Source: Acidobacteriota bacterium (GTDB lineage Bacteria > Acidobacteriota > UBA890 > WLXD01). Taken from it: DNA of 64,000 bases. Numbering within the stretch: position 1 is the first letter of the stretch; every line of letters begins with the position of its first letter. Below the pieces are notes generated by a model. That model made no database searches and was not told the DNA's origin. It worked only from the letters and a program-made list of their open reading frames with translations. Positions 30,101-40,402 of the stretch are shown one piece after another. Both the position numbers and the translations under genes were made by a program. The DNA lies in the NCBI GenBank assembly GCA_963666055.2, contig CAXWPH010000015.1, positions 1,152,001 through 1,216,000 on the forward strand, read 5' to 3'.

Positions 30101-30517
30101 TTCGATGAAGCGGCCGCCGACGCTGCCAAGATCCAGCGTGCCGGCGGCCTGGTCGGCGTCGGTGGCCACGGTCAATTACAGGGTCTTGGCTACCACTGGG
30201 AGATGTGGGCCCTCGCTATGGGTGGCATGACGTCGCGCGAGGTGCTGCAGGCGGCGACCATCGACGGCGCCCGCATCATCGGCATCGAGCAGGACCTCGG
30301 CAGCCTCGTAGCCGGCAAGCTGGCGGATCTCGTGGTACTCGACGCCAACCCGCTCGACGACATACACAACACCAACACGGTGCATTGGGTGATGAAGAAC
30401 GGCGAGCTATTTGATGGCGACACGCTGAATCAGCTGTGGCCGGTGGAAAAGGAGCTGCCGCGCTTCTGGTGGTGGGACGCCGAGCCCGAGGACGCGAGGC
30501 TAACGAAGCCGGAATGA
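27119..30517 (+). CDS. Secreted amidohydrolase with N-terminal PD40/TolB-like propeller repeats
   Basis: Signal peptide; many SPDG repeats; PGFIDTHAH (HxH) and GKLADLVVL; acidic linker at about 29060-29210. Confidence 0.9.
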   Translation: MKLAPFRSRPRCLSFAFAALGALIVAASVASAQQGSAGGDDGLPLEPDGKLEFTTDEGTWLSLDVFPDGQSLVFDLLGDLYTLPIGGGTATRITEGMGFDSQPRVSPDGQRIAFISDRNGSNNLWIARADGTQPRKLSSERRAAMISPAWTPDSQYVIVTRRETRSELRMYHVNGGSGLTLGKPRQPGEATPGPGRGPTGPAQLGAAMSPDGRYLYFSQSGTRSAANFPSWQIARMDMRSGDIDVLTQAEYSAVRPALSPDGSQLVYATRHETRTGLRVRNLETGADRWLIWPVQRDEMESGAAPSRDTFPGYAFTPDGESVVVTAGGKLWRVNVADGAPSAIPFIADVALDIGPELEFPYRLEQGPVRARLIQDPQQSPDGQRIAMSVLTKIYVMDLAAAAPRRLTAGDAWEFKPAWSPDGEWIAYVTWSMNDGGQIWRMRADGGGSPQQLSEHPAFYTDIAYSPEGTRIVGLRGNEYVRHQTFSEFGGLRLPLDLVWLPAEGGNVELVVPARGVGAPHFSGDPERIFVYSDDGLISLRYDGTDRQVHLKVTGPSRGPRPAAANRVLMRPSGDWALASVNNQLWVVAVPRIAAEPEVSVRDASVPAEQITDIGADYFAWADGGDTITWAIGSTFYRRAFDTIDFTPEATDADEAEDDSAATQADASDERGAGDADEDQEPDADDDEPHAPRDDAEHVDSIEVVLEFPRATPKGTIVLRGGTAITMAGDAIIADADIVVTDNRIVAVGQRGQVEIPNGARQFDITGKYVVPGFIDTHAHWEFRTHDVLEPQNWSLVANLAYGVTAGLDVQTSTNDYLAYQDLVDTGQSLGQRALMTGVGIFSNNDFQSYEATLDYLRRYVRHYRIRNIKSYMVGNRRQRQWVVKASKELGLIPTTEGGRNLALDLTHAIDGMHGNEHTLPVTPLFKDVVELFARTLTAYTPTLLVQYGGTIAEEYFYSRTEVHDDPKLNRFYPHNRLDEMSRRRRGWVRDDEFSFDEAAADAAKIQRAGGLVGVGGHGQLQGLGYHWEMWALAMGGMTSREVLQAATIDGARIIGIEQDLGSLVAGKLADLVVLDANPLDDIHNTNTVHWVMKNGELFDGDTLNQLWPVEKELPRFWWWDAEPEDARLTKPE

Positions 30518-30525
30518 ACGATTGT

Positions 30526-30555
30526 GCAAACTCTTCGTGTCCGCGGACCGTCTAA
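30526..30555 (+). promoter_or_regulatory. Candidate ECF-sigma promoter GCAAAC-N17-CGTCTAA
   Basis: Fits the general ECF consensus (-35 AAC, -10 CGT) about 60 bp upstream of the permease ATG. Confidence 0.4.
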
Positions 30556-30615
30556 CGAGGCGATGGTCCTGAAGGCCTTGCGGCACCCCTGTGCGAATCC
30601 CCCAACCGAGTTCCG

Positions 30616-33120
30616 ATGACTGCCTTCAAGTTCGCCTTCCGAACGCTTGCCCACACGCCCTTCGTTACCGCTGTTGCGATTCTCTCACTGGCGCTCGGCA
30701 TCGGCGCCAACGCGGCGATCTTCTCGCTGTTCGATCAGCTGTTGCTCAAGTCTCTGCCGGTGCAAGACCCGGGCACCCTCGTAAATTTCGCCAACCCGGG
30801 GCCGAAGCCCGGATCGCAGTCGTGCGGTGGCGCGGGTGATTGCAGCGAGGTGTTCAGCTACCCGATGTTCAAGGATCTGGAGGCCGCAGAAAGCGGCTTT
30901 TCGGGCATCGCCGCGCACATGGCCTTCGGCGCCAATCTGGCTCAGGACGGAGAGACGGTACACGGGCGCGGCATGCTGGTGTCGGGCTCCTATTTCGGTG
31001 TGCTCGGTGTACGCCCGGCGCTGGGACGGCTGCTCGGCCCCGCCGACGACCAGAACATCGGCGAGCACTTCGTCGCCGTCTTGAGCCACGACTACTGGCG
31101 TAATCGCCTGGGCGGCGATCCGGGTGTGCTCAACGAGACGATCATCGCCAACGGCAAGTCGATGACGATCGTCGGCGTTGCACAGGAGGGGTTTCGCGGC
31201 ACGACGTTCGGCGGCGAGCCCGACATCTTCATCCCGCTCGTCATGCGCAACGCCATGTTTCCTACTTGGCCGGGATTCGAAAGTCGCCGCGGTTACTGGG
31301 CATACCTGTTCGGTCGCCTCGAGCCGGGCGTGTCGATCGAGCGCGCCGGGGCGGAGCTCAACAACCTTTACGCGGCCGTCCTCAATGACGTGGAGGCCGA
31401 GCTACAGACGAGCATGAGCGACGCGACGATGGAACGATTCCGCGCCAGGGAGCTGGTCTTCGAGCCGGGCCACAGAGGACAGAGCGAGTTCTACGATGAG
31501 GCGCGCATGCCTCTCTTGCTGCTGTTCGGGATCACCGGCACGGTGCTGCTGATCGCTTGCGCCAACATCGCCAACCTCTTGCTGGCGCGAGGCGCCCAGC
31601 GCGAACAGGAGATCGCCATCCGCGGCTCGATTGGCGCCAGTCGCTGGCAGCTCCTGCGCCAGCTGCTGCTGGAATCGTGCCTCTTGGCGATGCTCGGCGG
31701 CATCGCCAGCCTGTTGGTTGCCCAGTGGACGCTGGCGGCAATCGGGGCGGCAGTGCCGGCGGATGGGCTCGCCACCATCACGCTCGAGCTGCGCCCAGCT
31801 GTGGTGGCGTTCGCCGCCATCCTGGCGCTCGGTACCGGCCTCGTTTTCGGGCTCTACCCAGCGTTGCACAGCACACGGTCCGATTTGTCCACGGTGCTGC
31901 GATCCAACGCCGGGCAAGCGGCGGGCGATATCGATGCGGCGCGTTTTCGCCGGTCGCTGGTGATCGCGCAGATTGCCCTGTCGACGGCGCTCCTGGTGGT
32001 CGCGGGGCTGTTCGTCAGGAGCTTGCTCAACATCAGCCAGGTGGATCTCGGACTGCAGACCGACAATGTCGTTACGTTCGCCATTTCGCCGCAGCTCAAC
32101 GGCTACGAGCCCGAGGAATCGAAGGCCTTGTTTCAGCGCACCGAGGAGGCGCTGTCGGCAATGCCGAGCGTGACCGGCGTGACTGCCGCCATGGTACCTA
32201 TCCTCAGCGGCGACAGCTGGGGAAACAGCGTGTCGGTGGAGGGTTTCGAGTGGGGCCCGGATGTCGACAACGGCGCCCGCCTGAACCGCATCGGTGCTGA
32301 TTATTTCGGCACGCTCGGTATCCCGCTGATGGCGGGTCGGGAGTTCGCGACCGACGATGCCATGGACACCCCGGGAGTCGCGGTGGTGAACGAGGCCTTC
32401 GCGGAGAAATTCGGTCTGGACGGGGCGCGCGCCGTGGGCAAGCGGATGTCGACGGACGGTGGCCGGGGCGCCGAGCTCGATCTCGAGATCGTCGGGGTGG
32501 TGCAGAACGCCAAGTACGCGCAGGTAAAGGAGGTGGTGCCGCCGATGTTCTTCACTCCCTATCGCCAGGACGAGAGCATTGGCAACATCACGTTTTACGT
32601 GCGCTCGTCGGGCGATTCCCAGCAGGTTCTCAGCGCCATTCCCGGCGTCATTGAGGCGCTCGACCCCAATCTGCCCGTCGAGAGCCTCATCACACTCGAG
32701 CAGCAAGCCAACGACAGCGTCTTCCTGGATCGCTTCCTCGGGACCCTGTCGAGTGCCTTTGCGCTGCTTGCTACGCTGCTGGCCTCGGTGGGGTTGTACG
32801 GTGTTCTTGCCTATACCGTCGCCCTGCGCACGCGCGAGTTCGGCATTCGCATGGCTTTGGGTGCCGACGGCGGTCGCGTGCGCCGCTTGGTGTTCAAGCA
32901 GCTCGGCCGCATGGCGCTCATCGGCTGCGCAGTCGGCCTGGCTGTCGCCCTGGCGCTGGGCCGGGCCGCGGAGTCGCTATTGTTCGAGCTGCAGGGAAGT
33001 GATCCGCTGGTGGTCGGCCTAGCGATCGCGGTGCTCGGCGTCGTCGCGCTGGCGGCGGGAACGATCCCGGCGCTGAGAGCGTCGCGCATCGATCCGATGA
33101 CCGCGCTGCGCTACGAATAA
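30616..33120 (+). CDS. ADOP-family duplicated ABC permease
   Basis: [37 protein letters not shown] and C-terminal DPMTALRYE; intact 834 aa. Confidence 0.9.
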   Translation: MTAFKFAFRTLAHTPFVTAVAILSLALGIGANAAIFSLFDQLLLKSLPVQDPGTLVNFANPGPKPGSQSCGGAGDCSEVFSYPMFKDLEAAESGFSGIAAHMAFGANLAQDGETVHGRGMLVSGSYFGVLGVRPALGRLLGPADDQNIGEHFVAVLSHDYWRNRLGGDPGVLNETIIANGKSMTIVGVAQEGFRGTTFGGEPDIFIPLVMRNAMFPTWPGFESRRGYWAYLFGRLEPGVSIERAGAELNNLYAAVLNDVEAELQTSMSDATMERFRARELVFEPGHRGQSEFYDEARMPLLLLFGITGTVLLIACANIANLLLARGAQREQEIAIRGSIGASRWQLLRQLLLESCLLAMLGGIASLLVAQWTLAAIGAAVPADGLATITLELRPAVVAFAAILALGTGLVFGLYPALHSTRSDLSTVLRSNAGQAAGDIDAARFRRSLVIAQIALSTALLVVAGLFVRSLLNISQVDLGLQTDNVVTFAISPQLNGYEPEESKALFQRTEEALSAMPSVTGVTAAMVPILSGDSWGNSVSVEGFEWGPDVDNGARLNRIGADYFGTLGIPLMAGREFATDDAMDTPGVAVVNEAFAEKFGLDGARAVGKRMSTDGGRGAELDLEIVGVVQNAKYAQVKEVVPPMFFTPYRQDESIGNITFYVRSSGDSQQVLSAIPGVIEALDPNLPVESLITLEQQANDSVFLDRFLGTLSSAFALLATLLASVGLYGVLAYTVALRTREFGIRMALGADGGRVRRLVFKQLGRMALIGCAVGLAVALALGRAAESLLFELQGSDPLVVGLAIAVLGVVALAAGTIPALRASRIDPMTALRYE

Positions 33121-33140
33121 CGCGCGAATACAATGCGGCC

Positions 33141-34220
33141 ATGAGAGCCGCTGTATGTCACGAGTTCGGCAAGCCACTCATTGTCGAGCAGGTCGACCTC
33201 GCTGCGCCGCAAGCTGGAGAGGTCAACGTAAGGCTCGCAGCCTGCGCCATTTGCCATACCGACATACACGCCATCGAGGGAGCGTGGGGCGGGCCGCTGC
33301 CGGTGGTATACGGGCACGAGGCGGCCGGCGTGGTCGAGGAAGTCGGCCCCGGCGTGGCGCTCGTGGAGGTGGGTCAGCGTGTCGTGGTCACGCTGCTGCG
33401 CTCGTGCGGGCACTGCTTCTTCTGCTCCCAGGGCCTGCCGGCCCAGTGCGAGACGACCTTCCCTCTGCACGAGCAGAGTCCGCTCACGACGGGCGACGGC
33501 GTGTCGATTTTCCAGGGCTTTCGTACCGCGGCGTTCGCCGAGCAGGTGGTCGTGGACCAATCCCAGCTGGTCGTCATTCCGGAAGACGTGGCTTTCGAAA
33601 GCGCGTCATTGCTGGCGTGCGGAGTCATCACGGGTGTGGGGGCAGTAGTGAACACGGCCAAAGTACCGGCTGGCAGCAGCGTGGTGGTGATTGGCGCCGG
33701 CGGTGTAGGGCTCAACAGCGTTCAGGGAGCGAAGCTCTCGAAGGCGGATCCCATCATCGCCATCGATCTCGTGGAACCCAAGCTCGAGGCGGCGCAGGTG
33801 TTCGGAGCCACCCATCGCGTCAACGGCCGTGAGGACAACGCCGCCGAGGTGGTCCGCTCCCTGACCGCGGGACGTGGTGCCGACTACGTCTTCGTGACGG
33901 TGGGCAGCGCTCCGGCCTTCGAGCAGGGGCTCGGGCTGCTGCGCCGCGGCGGCACCCTGGTGATCGTCGGCATGCCGGCAACCGGTGAGACGTCGGAGAT
34001 CGAGTTGGGTAATCTCGCCGACGCCGGACAGACCATCCTCGGCAGCAAGATGGGGTCGGTACAGATTCAAGTCGATGTGCCGAAGCTGGTGCGTCTCTAC
34101 CAGCAAGGCGAGCTCAAGCTCGACGAGCTCGTTACTAGTCGCTACCCGCTTGAAGAGATCAACGAGGCAATCGCGGCGGTGAACCGGGGCGAAGCGCTGC
34201 GCAACGTCATCCTGTTCTGA
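33141..34220 (+). CDS. Zn-dependent alcohol dehydrogenase (MDR family)
   Basis: CHTD, GHEAAG, CGHCFFC..C and GAGGVG. Confidence 0.92.
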   Translation: MRAAVCHEFGKPLIVEQVDLAAPQAGEVNVRLAACAICHTDIHAIEGAWGGPLPVVYGHEAAGVVEEVGPGVALVEVGQRVVVTLLRSCGHCFFCSQGLPAQCETTFPLHEQSPLTTGDGVSIFQGFRTAAFAEQVVVDQSQLVVIPEDVAFESASLLACGVITGVGAVVNTAKVPAGSSVVVIGAGGVGLNSVQGAKLSKADPIIAIDLVEPKLEAAQVFGATHRVNGREDNAAEVVRSLTAGRGADYVFVTVGSAPAFEQGLGLLRRGGTLVIVGMPATGETSEIELGNLADAGQTILGSKMGSVQIQVDVPKLVRLYQQGELKLDELVTSRYPLEEINEAIAAVNRGEALRNVILF

Positions 34221-34233
34221 GCCAGGAGCGACC

Positions 34234-35340
34234 GTGTCTCCCAAGATCCACAGCATCGAGACCTTCAGCAACGAGTTCGTCAGCATCGTGCGACTTCGCG
34301 CCGACGACGGCGCCGAGGGCTGGGGCCAGCTGTCGCCCTACAACGCCGACATCGCTGCGCGGGTGGTACACCGTCAGGTCGCACCCCACGCGCTCGGTGA
34401 GGACGCTGGCGACATCGACGCGTTGCTCGACCGCATTGTCGAGATCGAGTTCAAGTTCCCCGGCTCCTACGTGCGCCGGGCGTTGACCGGTCTCGACACG
34501 GCGCTGTGGGATCTGCGCGGCAAGCGCGAAGGCAAGAGCGTATGTGAGCTTCTCGGCGGTACGCCGCGCCCGTTGGCGGTGTATGGCGCCAGCATGCGCC
34601 GCGACATCACACCCGAGGACGAAGCCCAGCGCCTGGTGCGGCTGCGTGACCAGCATGGCTTCAACGCCTTCAAGATCCGCATTGGCAAGGAGTGTGGTCA
34701 CGACGAGGACGAGTGGCCGGGTCGTACCGAGGCAGTCGTATCGCAGGTGCGGAGAGCGCTCGGTGACGACGTCTCCCTGCTGGTCGATGCCAACTGCGCC
34801 TACACCCCCAAGAAGGCTATCGAGGTTGGCCGCATGCTCGCCGACCACGGCGTGTGCCACTACGAGGAGCCCTGCCCGTATTGGGAATTCGAGTGGACCG
34901 CCGAGGTGACCCGCGCCACCGAGGTGCCGGTTGCCGGGGGCGAGCAGGATTGCTCCGTCTCGCAGTGGCGCCGCATCCTGGAGGCGCACGCTTTTGACAT
35001 CGTCCAGCCCGACGTCTGCTATCTAGGCGGCCTCACCCGAACCCTGCGGGTGGCGGCGATGGCCAACGAAGCCGGGCTGCCCTGCGTCCCGCACTCGGCC
35101 AACCTGTCGATGGTCACGGTGTTCACGCTCCACATGATGGGAGCCATCGAGAACGCCGGGCCGTACGTGGAATTCTCCATCGAGCCGACCGAGTACTACC
35201 CATGGCAGGAAGGCCTCTACGCGCCTGCACTGGAGGCCGTCGACGGCAAGGTGCAGATCCCCGACGGCCCTGGTTGGGGCGTCGAGGTCAACCCCGAGTG
35301 GCTTGCCGGCGCCGAGCGTCAGATCAGCGAGCTGGATTGA
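34234..35340 (+). CDS. Mandelate racemase / muconate lactonizing enzyme family protein
   Basis: [24 protein letters not shown] and QPDV enolase-superfamily motifs. Confidence 0.9.
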   Translation: MSPKIHSIETFSNEFVSIVRLRADDGAEGWGQLSPYNADIAARVVHRQVAPHALGEDAGDIDALLDRIVEIEFKFPGSYVRRALTGLDTALWDLRGKREGKSVCELLGGTPRPLAVYGASMRRDITPEDEAQRLVRLRDQHGFNAFKIRIGKECGHDEDEWPGRTEAVVSQVRRALGDDVSLLVDANCAYTPKKAIEVGRMLADHGVCHYEEPCPYWEFEWTAEVTRATEVPVAGGEQDCSVSQWRRILEAHAFDIVQPDVCYLGGLTRTLRVAAMANEAGLPCVPHSANLSMVTVFTLHMMGAIENAGPYVEFSIEPTEYYPWQEGLYAPALEAVDGKVQIPDGPGWGVEVNPEWLAGAERQISELD

Positions 35341-35449
35341 AGCGATGGGGCTCGGTGTGAGTTTTTCCATGCAATCGACCGCGGTACTCTTCCTGGCGCC
35401 ACGAACCCACAGCTGGCAGTCTACGATCCACGCTTCCGAGGAATATGTC

Positions 35450-36100
35450 ATGCGACGGTGGACGCTGTTCTGGGCTTTTGCAGCCGCGATGACCGCGGTC
35501 GCTGTGTGGGGGCTGGTGGCCGGCGCAGCGGACGAGGAAACGGCGCGTCTGCTGGTCCGCTGGACCATTCGCGCCTGCCTGGTGCCCTTTCTGTTGGCTT
35601 TTGTTGCCGCGGCCGTCGGCACGCTGTCGCCCGGTGGCGCCGCCGATTGGCTGCTGGACAATCGCAAGCACCTCGGCCTCGCCTTTGCCTACGGCTTCGC
35701 GCTGAACATGATGACGATCGTATGGCTGGCTAGCTTCAATTTCGGCGTCACCTGGAGCCGACTGTCGTTGCTGGATCGGGTCGAATCGTACGGCGGTCTC
35801 GCTGTCGTCGTCGCCATGACGCTGACGTCGTTCGACCGCTTCAGCAAACGGATGAGCCCCGGCGCCTGGCGCCTGCTCCACACGCTCGGGATGTACGGGC
35901 TCTGGTGGGTGTTCTTCAGGACGAACTGGTTGTATTCGCTGTCGGCGGTGCGACGTGGGTTGATGGCCGAGCGGTGGCTCTATCTGTTGATCACATCGTT
36001 GTTGATCGGCTCGCTGCTGCTGAGGTTCACGGCGTTCATTGCCCGGCGACGCCACGGCGCAACCCGGGTGCTTCCGCGCGAGCCAGCACTCGGCCGCTAA
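35450..36100 (+). CDS. Ferric-reductase-like / MsrQ-like membrane protein
   Basis: NRKHLGL, LTSF and WRLLH motifs; 5-6 TM helices; GAGG RBS before ATG 35450. Confidence 0.65.
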   Translation: MRRWTLFWAFAAAMTAVAVWGLVAGAADEETARLLVRWTIRACLVPFLLAFVAAAVGTLSPGGAADWLLDNRKHLGLAFAYGFALNMMTIVWLASFNFGVTWSRLSLLDRVESYGGLAVVVAMTLTSFDRFSKRMSPGAWRLLHTLGMYGLWWVFFRTNWLYSLSAVRRGLMAERWLYLLITSLLIGSLLLRFTAFIARRRHGATRVLPREPALGR

Positions 36101-36229
36101 CCCCACGCAGACTCTTGTGAGGGAAACGCTGGAGTACTACGCAGGGAAGATGAAATAGACGCGTTGCCAGACGGCACCGCTGCGCTTGGACCGACAACCT
36201 CGTCGGTGCCACGGCTCAAGGAGAACACC

Positions 36230-37819
36230 ATGAGGTTAATGCGCCTTCCCGTCATGCCAGTCGCGGTCGCCGTGGCGGCCTTACTCCTGGCGCTTCCGAG
36301 CGTTGGAGAAACCCAGGAGCGCGGACCCGTGGTGCTGCGGCTTCCGGACCCTGGCCAGGTGGACGCGGTGTTCGCGCGGTTCGATGCGCCGGGGTCGGTG
36401 GGGTGTGCCCTGGGTGTGGCTCATCAGGGCCAGCTCATCTACAAGAAGGGCTACGGGCACGCCAACCTCGACTGGAATATCCCGATGAGCCCGACGACCG
36501 CCATCTACGTTGGCTCCATCTCCAAGCAGTTCACCGCTGCGGCGATCGCGCTGCTGGCTCACCAGGGCAAGCTCGGTCTCGACGACGACGTCCGCGAACA
36601 TCTGCCGGAGATGCCCCACCGCAACCCGCCGGTCACCGTACGTCAGTTGGTGCACCACACCGGCGGCGTGCCCGACATGTACCGGGTGATGCGCGAGAAC
36701 GGGCTCACGACGTGGGACCAGTTCAGTCGAGAGGAGGCCTTGGAGCTGCTGTCGCGCCAGGAGCTCGACTTCCCGCCCGGCCACCAATACCAGTACTCCA
36801 ACGGCGGTTACTTTCTGCTGTCGATGATCGTGCAGCGGGCCAGCGGCAAGACCTTGCGTGGGTACACCAGCGAAATGATCTTCAAGCCGCTCGGCATGCG
36901 TGACACGCACTTTCACGACGACCCGGTGCACGTGGTCAAGAACCGCGCCATGAGCTACATGCCGTCGCCGCATGCGGGCGACGAGGGTGCCAACCACTAC
37001 ATCCAAAGCTACCAGGGAAACTTCGCGCTTCCCGGTGCTGGTGGTCTCTACACCACGGTTGAGGACTTGGTGCGTTGGGACCGCAACTTCCTCGACAACC
37101 GTTTGGGCGGGCCAGACTTCATGGAAGTCATACACAGCAAGGGTGTGCTCAACAGCGGCGAGCCCCTCGACTATGCGTTCGCGATTCGAGAAGACGAGCA
37201 TGACGGTCTCCGAACCCTCGGCCACGGCGGATCGTTCATGGGGTTCAAGGCGCACTACGTGCGCTTTCCCGAACAGCAGCTCTCTATCTGGGTGATGTGC
37301 AACATGGGCGAGATCGTGCCCGAGGATTTCGCACTGCGGGTGGCCGATGTCTACCTGGAGTACCCGGCGTCGGAGAATTCCGCACCAGCAGCGCACGTCA
37401 ACGCTGCGCAGGTTGGCTGGTCGACCTCGGAGCTTGGAGAACGGCGCTCAAACAGAATCATCGGCGGCGAATCGCTTCCCGACGACGACTTGCACGTGGG
37501 CTTTTGGGAGCTCGCGCCGCGGGCCATCTACGCTGGTCACGTTCACCCGGTACCGGAGTTCTACGTCATCCTCGACGGGCAGGCCGAGTGGACCCTCGGC
37601 AAGGACACCTTCCTCGCCGCGCCGGGCGAGGTGATCTACATCGCCCCGAATACGATGCACCGGATGGTGAACCTGACCGACGATATAGTGCGGGCGGTCT
37701 GGGGCCGCTGGGCTCCGAACGGTGACCGCAGCGTGTACGAGGGCGAGTCTCGATATGTGGAGCCGATTCCGGAACAACCGCCGGAGGCGGTGTTGTTCAC
37801 GGAGCCTGTTGGGCAGTAG
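36230..37819 (+). CDS. Serine hydrolase (class C beta-lactamase-like) fused to a C-terminal cupin
   Basis: Signal peptide; SISK, YSN and GHGG; C-terminal HVHPVPEFY...GEVIYIAPNTMH cupin motifs. Confidence 0.85.
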   Translation: MRLMRLPVMPVAVAVAALLLALPSVGETQERGPVVLRLPDPGQVDAVFARFDAPGSVGCALGVAHQGQLIYKKGYGHANLDWNIPMSPTTAIYVGSISKQFTAAAIALLAHQGKLGLDDDVREHLPEMPHRNPPVTVRQLVHHTGGVPDMYRVMRENGLTTWDQFSREEALELLSRQELDFPPGHQYQYSNGGYFLLSMIVQRASGKTLRGYTSEMIFKPLGMRDTHFHDDPVHVVKNRAMSYMPSPHAGDEGANHYIQSYQGNFALPGAGGLYTTVEDLVRWDRNFLDNRLGGPDFMEVIHSKGVLNSGEPLDYAFAIREDEHDGLRTLGHGGSFMGFKAHYVRFPEQQLSIWVMCNMGEIVPEDFALRVADVYLEYPASENSAPAAHVNAAQVGWSTSELGERRSNRIIGGESLPDDDLHVGFWELAPRAIYAGHVHPVPEFYVILDGQAEWTLGKDTFLAAPGEVIYIAPNTMHRMVNLTDDIVRAVWGRWAPNGDRSVYEGESRYVEPIPEQPPEAVLFTEPVGQ

Positions 37820-37839
37820 GACTACGCTCAGGCAGCCTG

Positions 37840-37866
37840 CGGCAGGCGGCGGTGGACCGCCTGCCG
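37840..37866. terminator. GC-rich hairpin, possible terminator
   Basis: Perfect 10-bp stem CGGCAGGCGG/CCGCCTGCCG 20 bp after a stop codon; no U-tract. Confidence 0.4.
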
Positions 37867-37924
37867 ACCCCGATCCGTGTTACTTACTAGTAGTGTGCCG
37901 CTCTTGCCTCGATACAGAGGTGGC

Positions 37925-40393
37925 ATGAGAAAACTGATCCTCGCAGTACCGATCTGCACGCTCCTGTTGCTCGGGCTTACGGTCGACGTCGGCCTGGCGC
38001 GACGCCTCGCGCAAGCGCCTCCGGTATCCAGTGAGTCGCCGGTCTCGATGAGGCGCGCGCCGTCGCGGAATCTCGAGGAGCGGTTGTCCTACGATGACCA
38101 GAATCAGGCGCTCGGACGGTTTTGCGTACGCTGCCACAACGACGCATCGCTCAGCGGCGGGCTGACGCTCGAGTCGTTCGATGTGGCACGTGCCGCCGAG
38201 CGTGCCGAGATCGCCGAGAAGATGATCCGTAAGCTGCGCGCCGGCATGATGCCGCCGCAGACCGCCCGACAGCCGGATCGAGCCGTCGTAGAAGCGCTGG
38301 TTGCGGCGCTCGAGAACACCATCGACGAGAGCGCGGCGGCAGATCCCGAGCCCGGTCGCAGAACGTTCCAGCGGCTCAACCGCGCTGAGTATGCTGCCTC
38401 GGTTCGGCATCTGCTGGGGATCGACATCAACGTCAGCGCTTTTCTGCCGCTCGACACCAAGAGCGCCAGCTTCGACAACATTGCCGACGTCCAGATGCCC
38501 TCGGCGACGCTAATGGAGGGCTATCTGCGCGCCGCCGGACACATCAGCCGCGCCGCGCTGGGCGACGCCGAGGCCGACTCCGCTTCCACCGTGTACACGG
38601 TGCCGCGCACGGCGTCGCAGAAGGAGCGCGTCGAGGGAGCGCCGTACGGTACGCGCGGCGGAATCTCCGTGGTGCACAACTTCCCCGCTGATGGCAAGTA
38701 CGAGTTTCGCGTCATGCCCCATGTGGCACCCGAGGGGGAGCTGTTCGGTCGCACTTCCCTGGGCGAGGCGATCGACATCTCGATCGACGGTGCCCGGGTG
38801 GCGTTCGTGGAGCTCGACCGGTGGATGTCTGAATCGGATGCCGGTGGCGCCACCATCGTCACCGAGCCGATCGACATTCGAGCGGGTCCACGGCAGGTGG
38901 CGGTGGCGTTCATCCGCCGCGACGATGGTCCGGAAGACGACCTGATCACACCGATCGACCACACGCTGGCCGACCAGCAGATCGGTCTCGGGTACGGCGT
39001 CACTACCTTGCCCCATCTGAGCAATTTCTCGATCGTGGGTCCGTTCGAGGTAACCGGTGTGTCCGACACGCCCACCCGACGACGTATCTTCACCTGTCGC
39101 CCGACGGCGCCCGACGAGGCCGCCCCGTGCGCCGAGAGCATCCTGGCTCGCTTGGCTACTCAGGCGTACCGGCGGCCGTTGCGCGCGGATGACCTGGCTG
39201 GCTTGATGCGGTTCTACGAGCAAGGGGCGACCCAGGGTGGCTTCGAGGGTGGCATCCGGATGGCCGTGCAAGCGTTGCTGGCAAGCCCACACTTCGTTTT
39301 CCGAATGGAAGCGGCGCCCCATGGGTTGAGCTCGGGGGAGGTGTATCGGATCAGCGATGTCGCGCTGGCGTCGCGACTCTCGTTCTTTCTCTGGGGTGTA
39401 CCGCCCGATCAGGAGCTCGTCGACCTGGCGGCACGCCGCGAGCTCTCCAAGCCGCCGGTGCTCGAAAGTCAGGTGCGGCGGATGGTGGCAGAGGCGCGTT
39501 CCGAGGCGCTGGCCACCCGGTTTGCCGCTCAGTGGCTGCGCTTGCAGGATCTCCAGAAGGTTCATCCGGACGCTCTGAACTATCCGTATTTCGATCACAC
39601 GCTCGCCGAGGCGATGCAGCGCGAGACCGAGATGCTATTCTCGTTCCTGGTCCGCGAGGACCGCAGCGTGCTGGAGTTGTTGACTGCCGACTACACGTTC
39701 GTGAACGAGCGCCTGGCGCGCCACTACGGCATGCCGGGTGTCAGCGGCAGCGAGTTCCGCCGCGTGACCTACACGGATGAGCGACGACGCGGTGTGCTGG
39801 GGCACGGCAGCATCCTCACGCTTACCTCGCATGCCAACCGCACCTCGCCGGTGCTGCGCGGCAAATGGATCATGGAGGTCCTGCTCGGTAGCCCGCCGCC
39901 TCCCCCACCGCCCGATATTCCCGACCTCGAGGAGACCGACAGTGTGAGGGGTGACCGCTTGCTGTCGGTTCGCGAACAGCTCGCCGAGCACCGCGCTAAT
40001 CCGGCTTGCAGCTCGTGTCACAACGTTATCGACCCGATCGGGCTGGCGCTCGACAACTTCGACGTCACCGGCGCCTGGCGCATTCGCGACCGCGGCGTCC
40101 CCGTCGACGCCTCCGGCCAGCTCTACGATGGGACGCCGATCCACGGTCCCAGCGATCTACGTGAAGCGTTGCTGAGCCGCTCGGACGTGTTCGTCACATT
40201 TTTCACGGAGAGTCTGATGGCCTACGCTCTTGGACGACGGGTGGAGTATTACGATATGCCCGCGATTCGGCAGATCGTCCGCGAGGCGGAAAAGGGCGGG
40301 TATCCGATGTCGTCCTTGGTACTGGGCGTCGCCAAGAGCACGGCGTTTCTGATGAGTAGAACGCAGACCGCAACGGCCGACGGAATCGAGTAG
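37925..40393 (+). CDS. DUF1592/1588/1587/1585/1595 (PSD/PSCyt) cytochrome c-like protein
   Basis: CVRCH and CSSCH; RLNRAEY, LASRLSFFLW, TSPVLRGKW, PPPPPP and YALGR. Confidence 0.9.
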   Translation: MRKLILAVPICTLLLLGLTVDVGLARRLAQAPPVSSESPVSMRRAPSRNLEERLSYDDQNQALGRFCVRCHNDASLSGGLTLESFDVARAAERAEIAEKMIRKLRAGMMPPQTARQPDRAVVEALVAALENTIDESAAADPEPGRRTFQRLNRAEYAASVRHLLGIDINVSAFLPLDTKSASFDNIADVQMPSATLMEGYLRAAGHISRAALGDAEADSASTVYTVPRTASQKERVEGAPYGTRGGISVVHNFPADGKYEFRVMPHVAPEGELFGRTSLGEAIDISIDGARVAFVELDRWMSESDAGGATIVTEPIDIRAGPRQVAVAFIRRDDGPEDDLITPIDHTLADQQIGLGYGVTTLPHLSNFSIVGPFEVTGVSDTPTRRRIFTCRPTAPDEAAPCAESILARLATQAYRRPLRADDLAGLMRFYEQGATQGGFEGGIRMAVQALLASPHFVFRMEAAPHGLSSGEVYRISDVALASRLSFFLWGVPPDQELVDLAARRELSKPPVLESQVRRMVAEARSEALATRFAAQWLRLQDLQKVHPDALNYPYFDHTLAEAMQRETEMLFSFLVREDRSVLELLTADYTFVNERLARHYGMPGVSGSEFRRVTYTDERRRGVLGHGSILTLTSHANRTSPVLRGKWIMEVLLGSPPPPPPPDIPDLEETDSVRGDRLLSVREQLAEHRANPACSSCHNVIDPIGLALDNFDVTGAWRIRDRGVPVDASGQLYDGTPIHGPSDLREALLSRSDVFVTFFTESLMAYALGRRVEYYDMPAIRQIVREAEKGGYPMSSLVLGVAKSTAFLMSRTQTATADGIE

Positions 40394-40402
40394 AAGCCAG
40401 CG

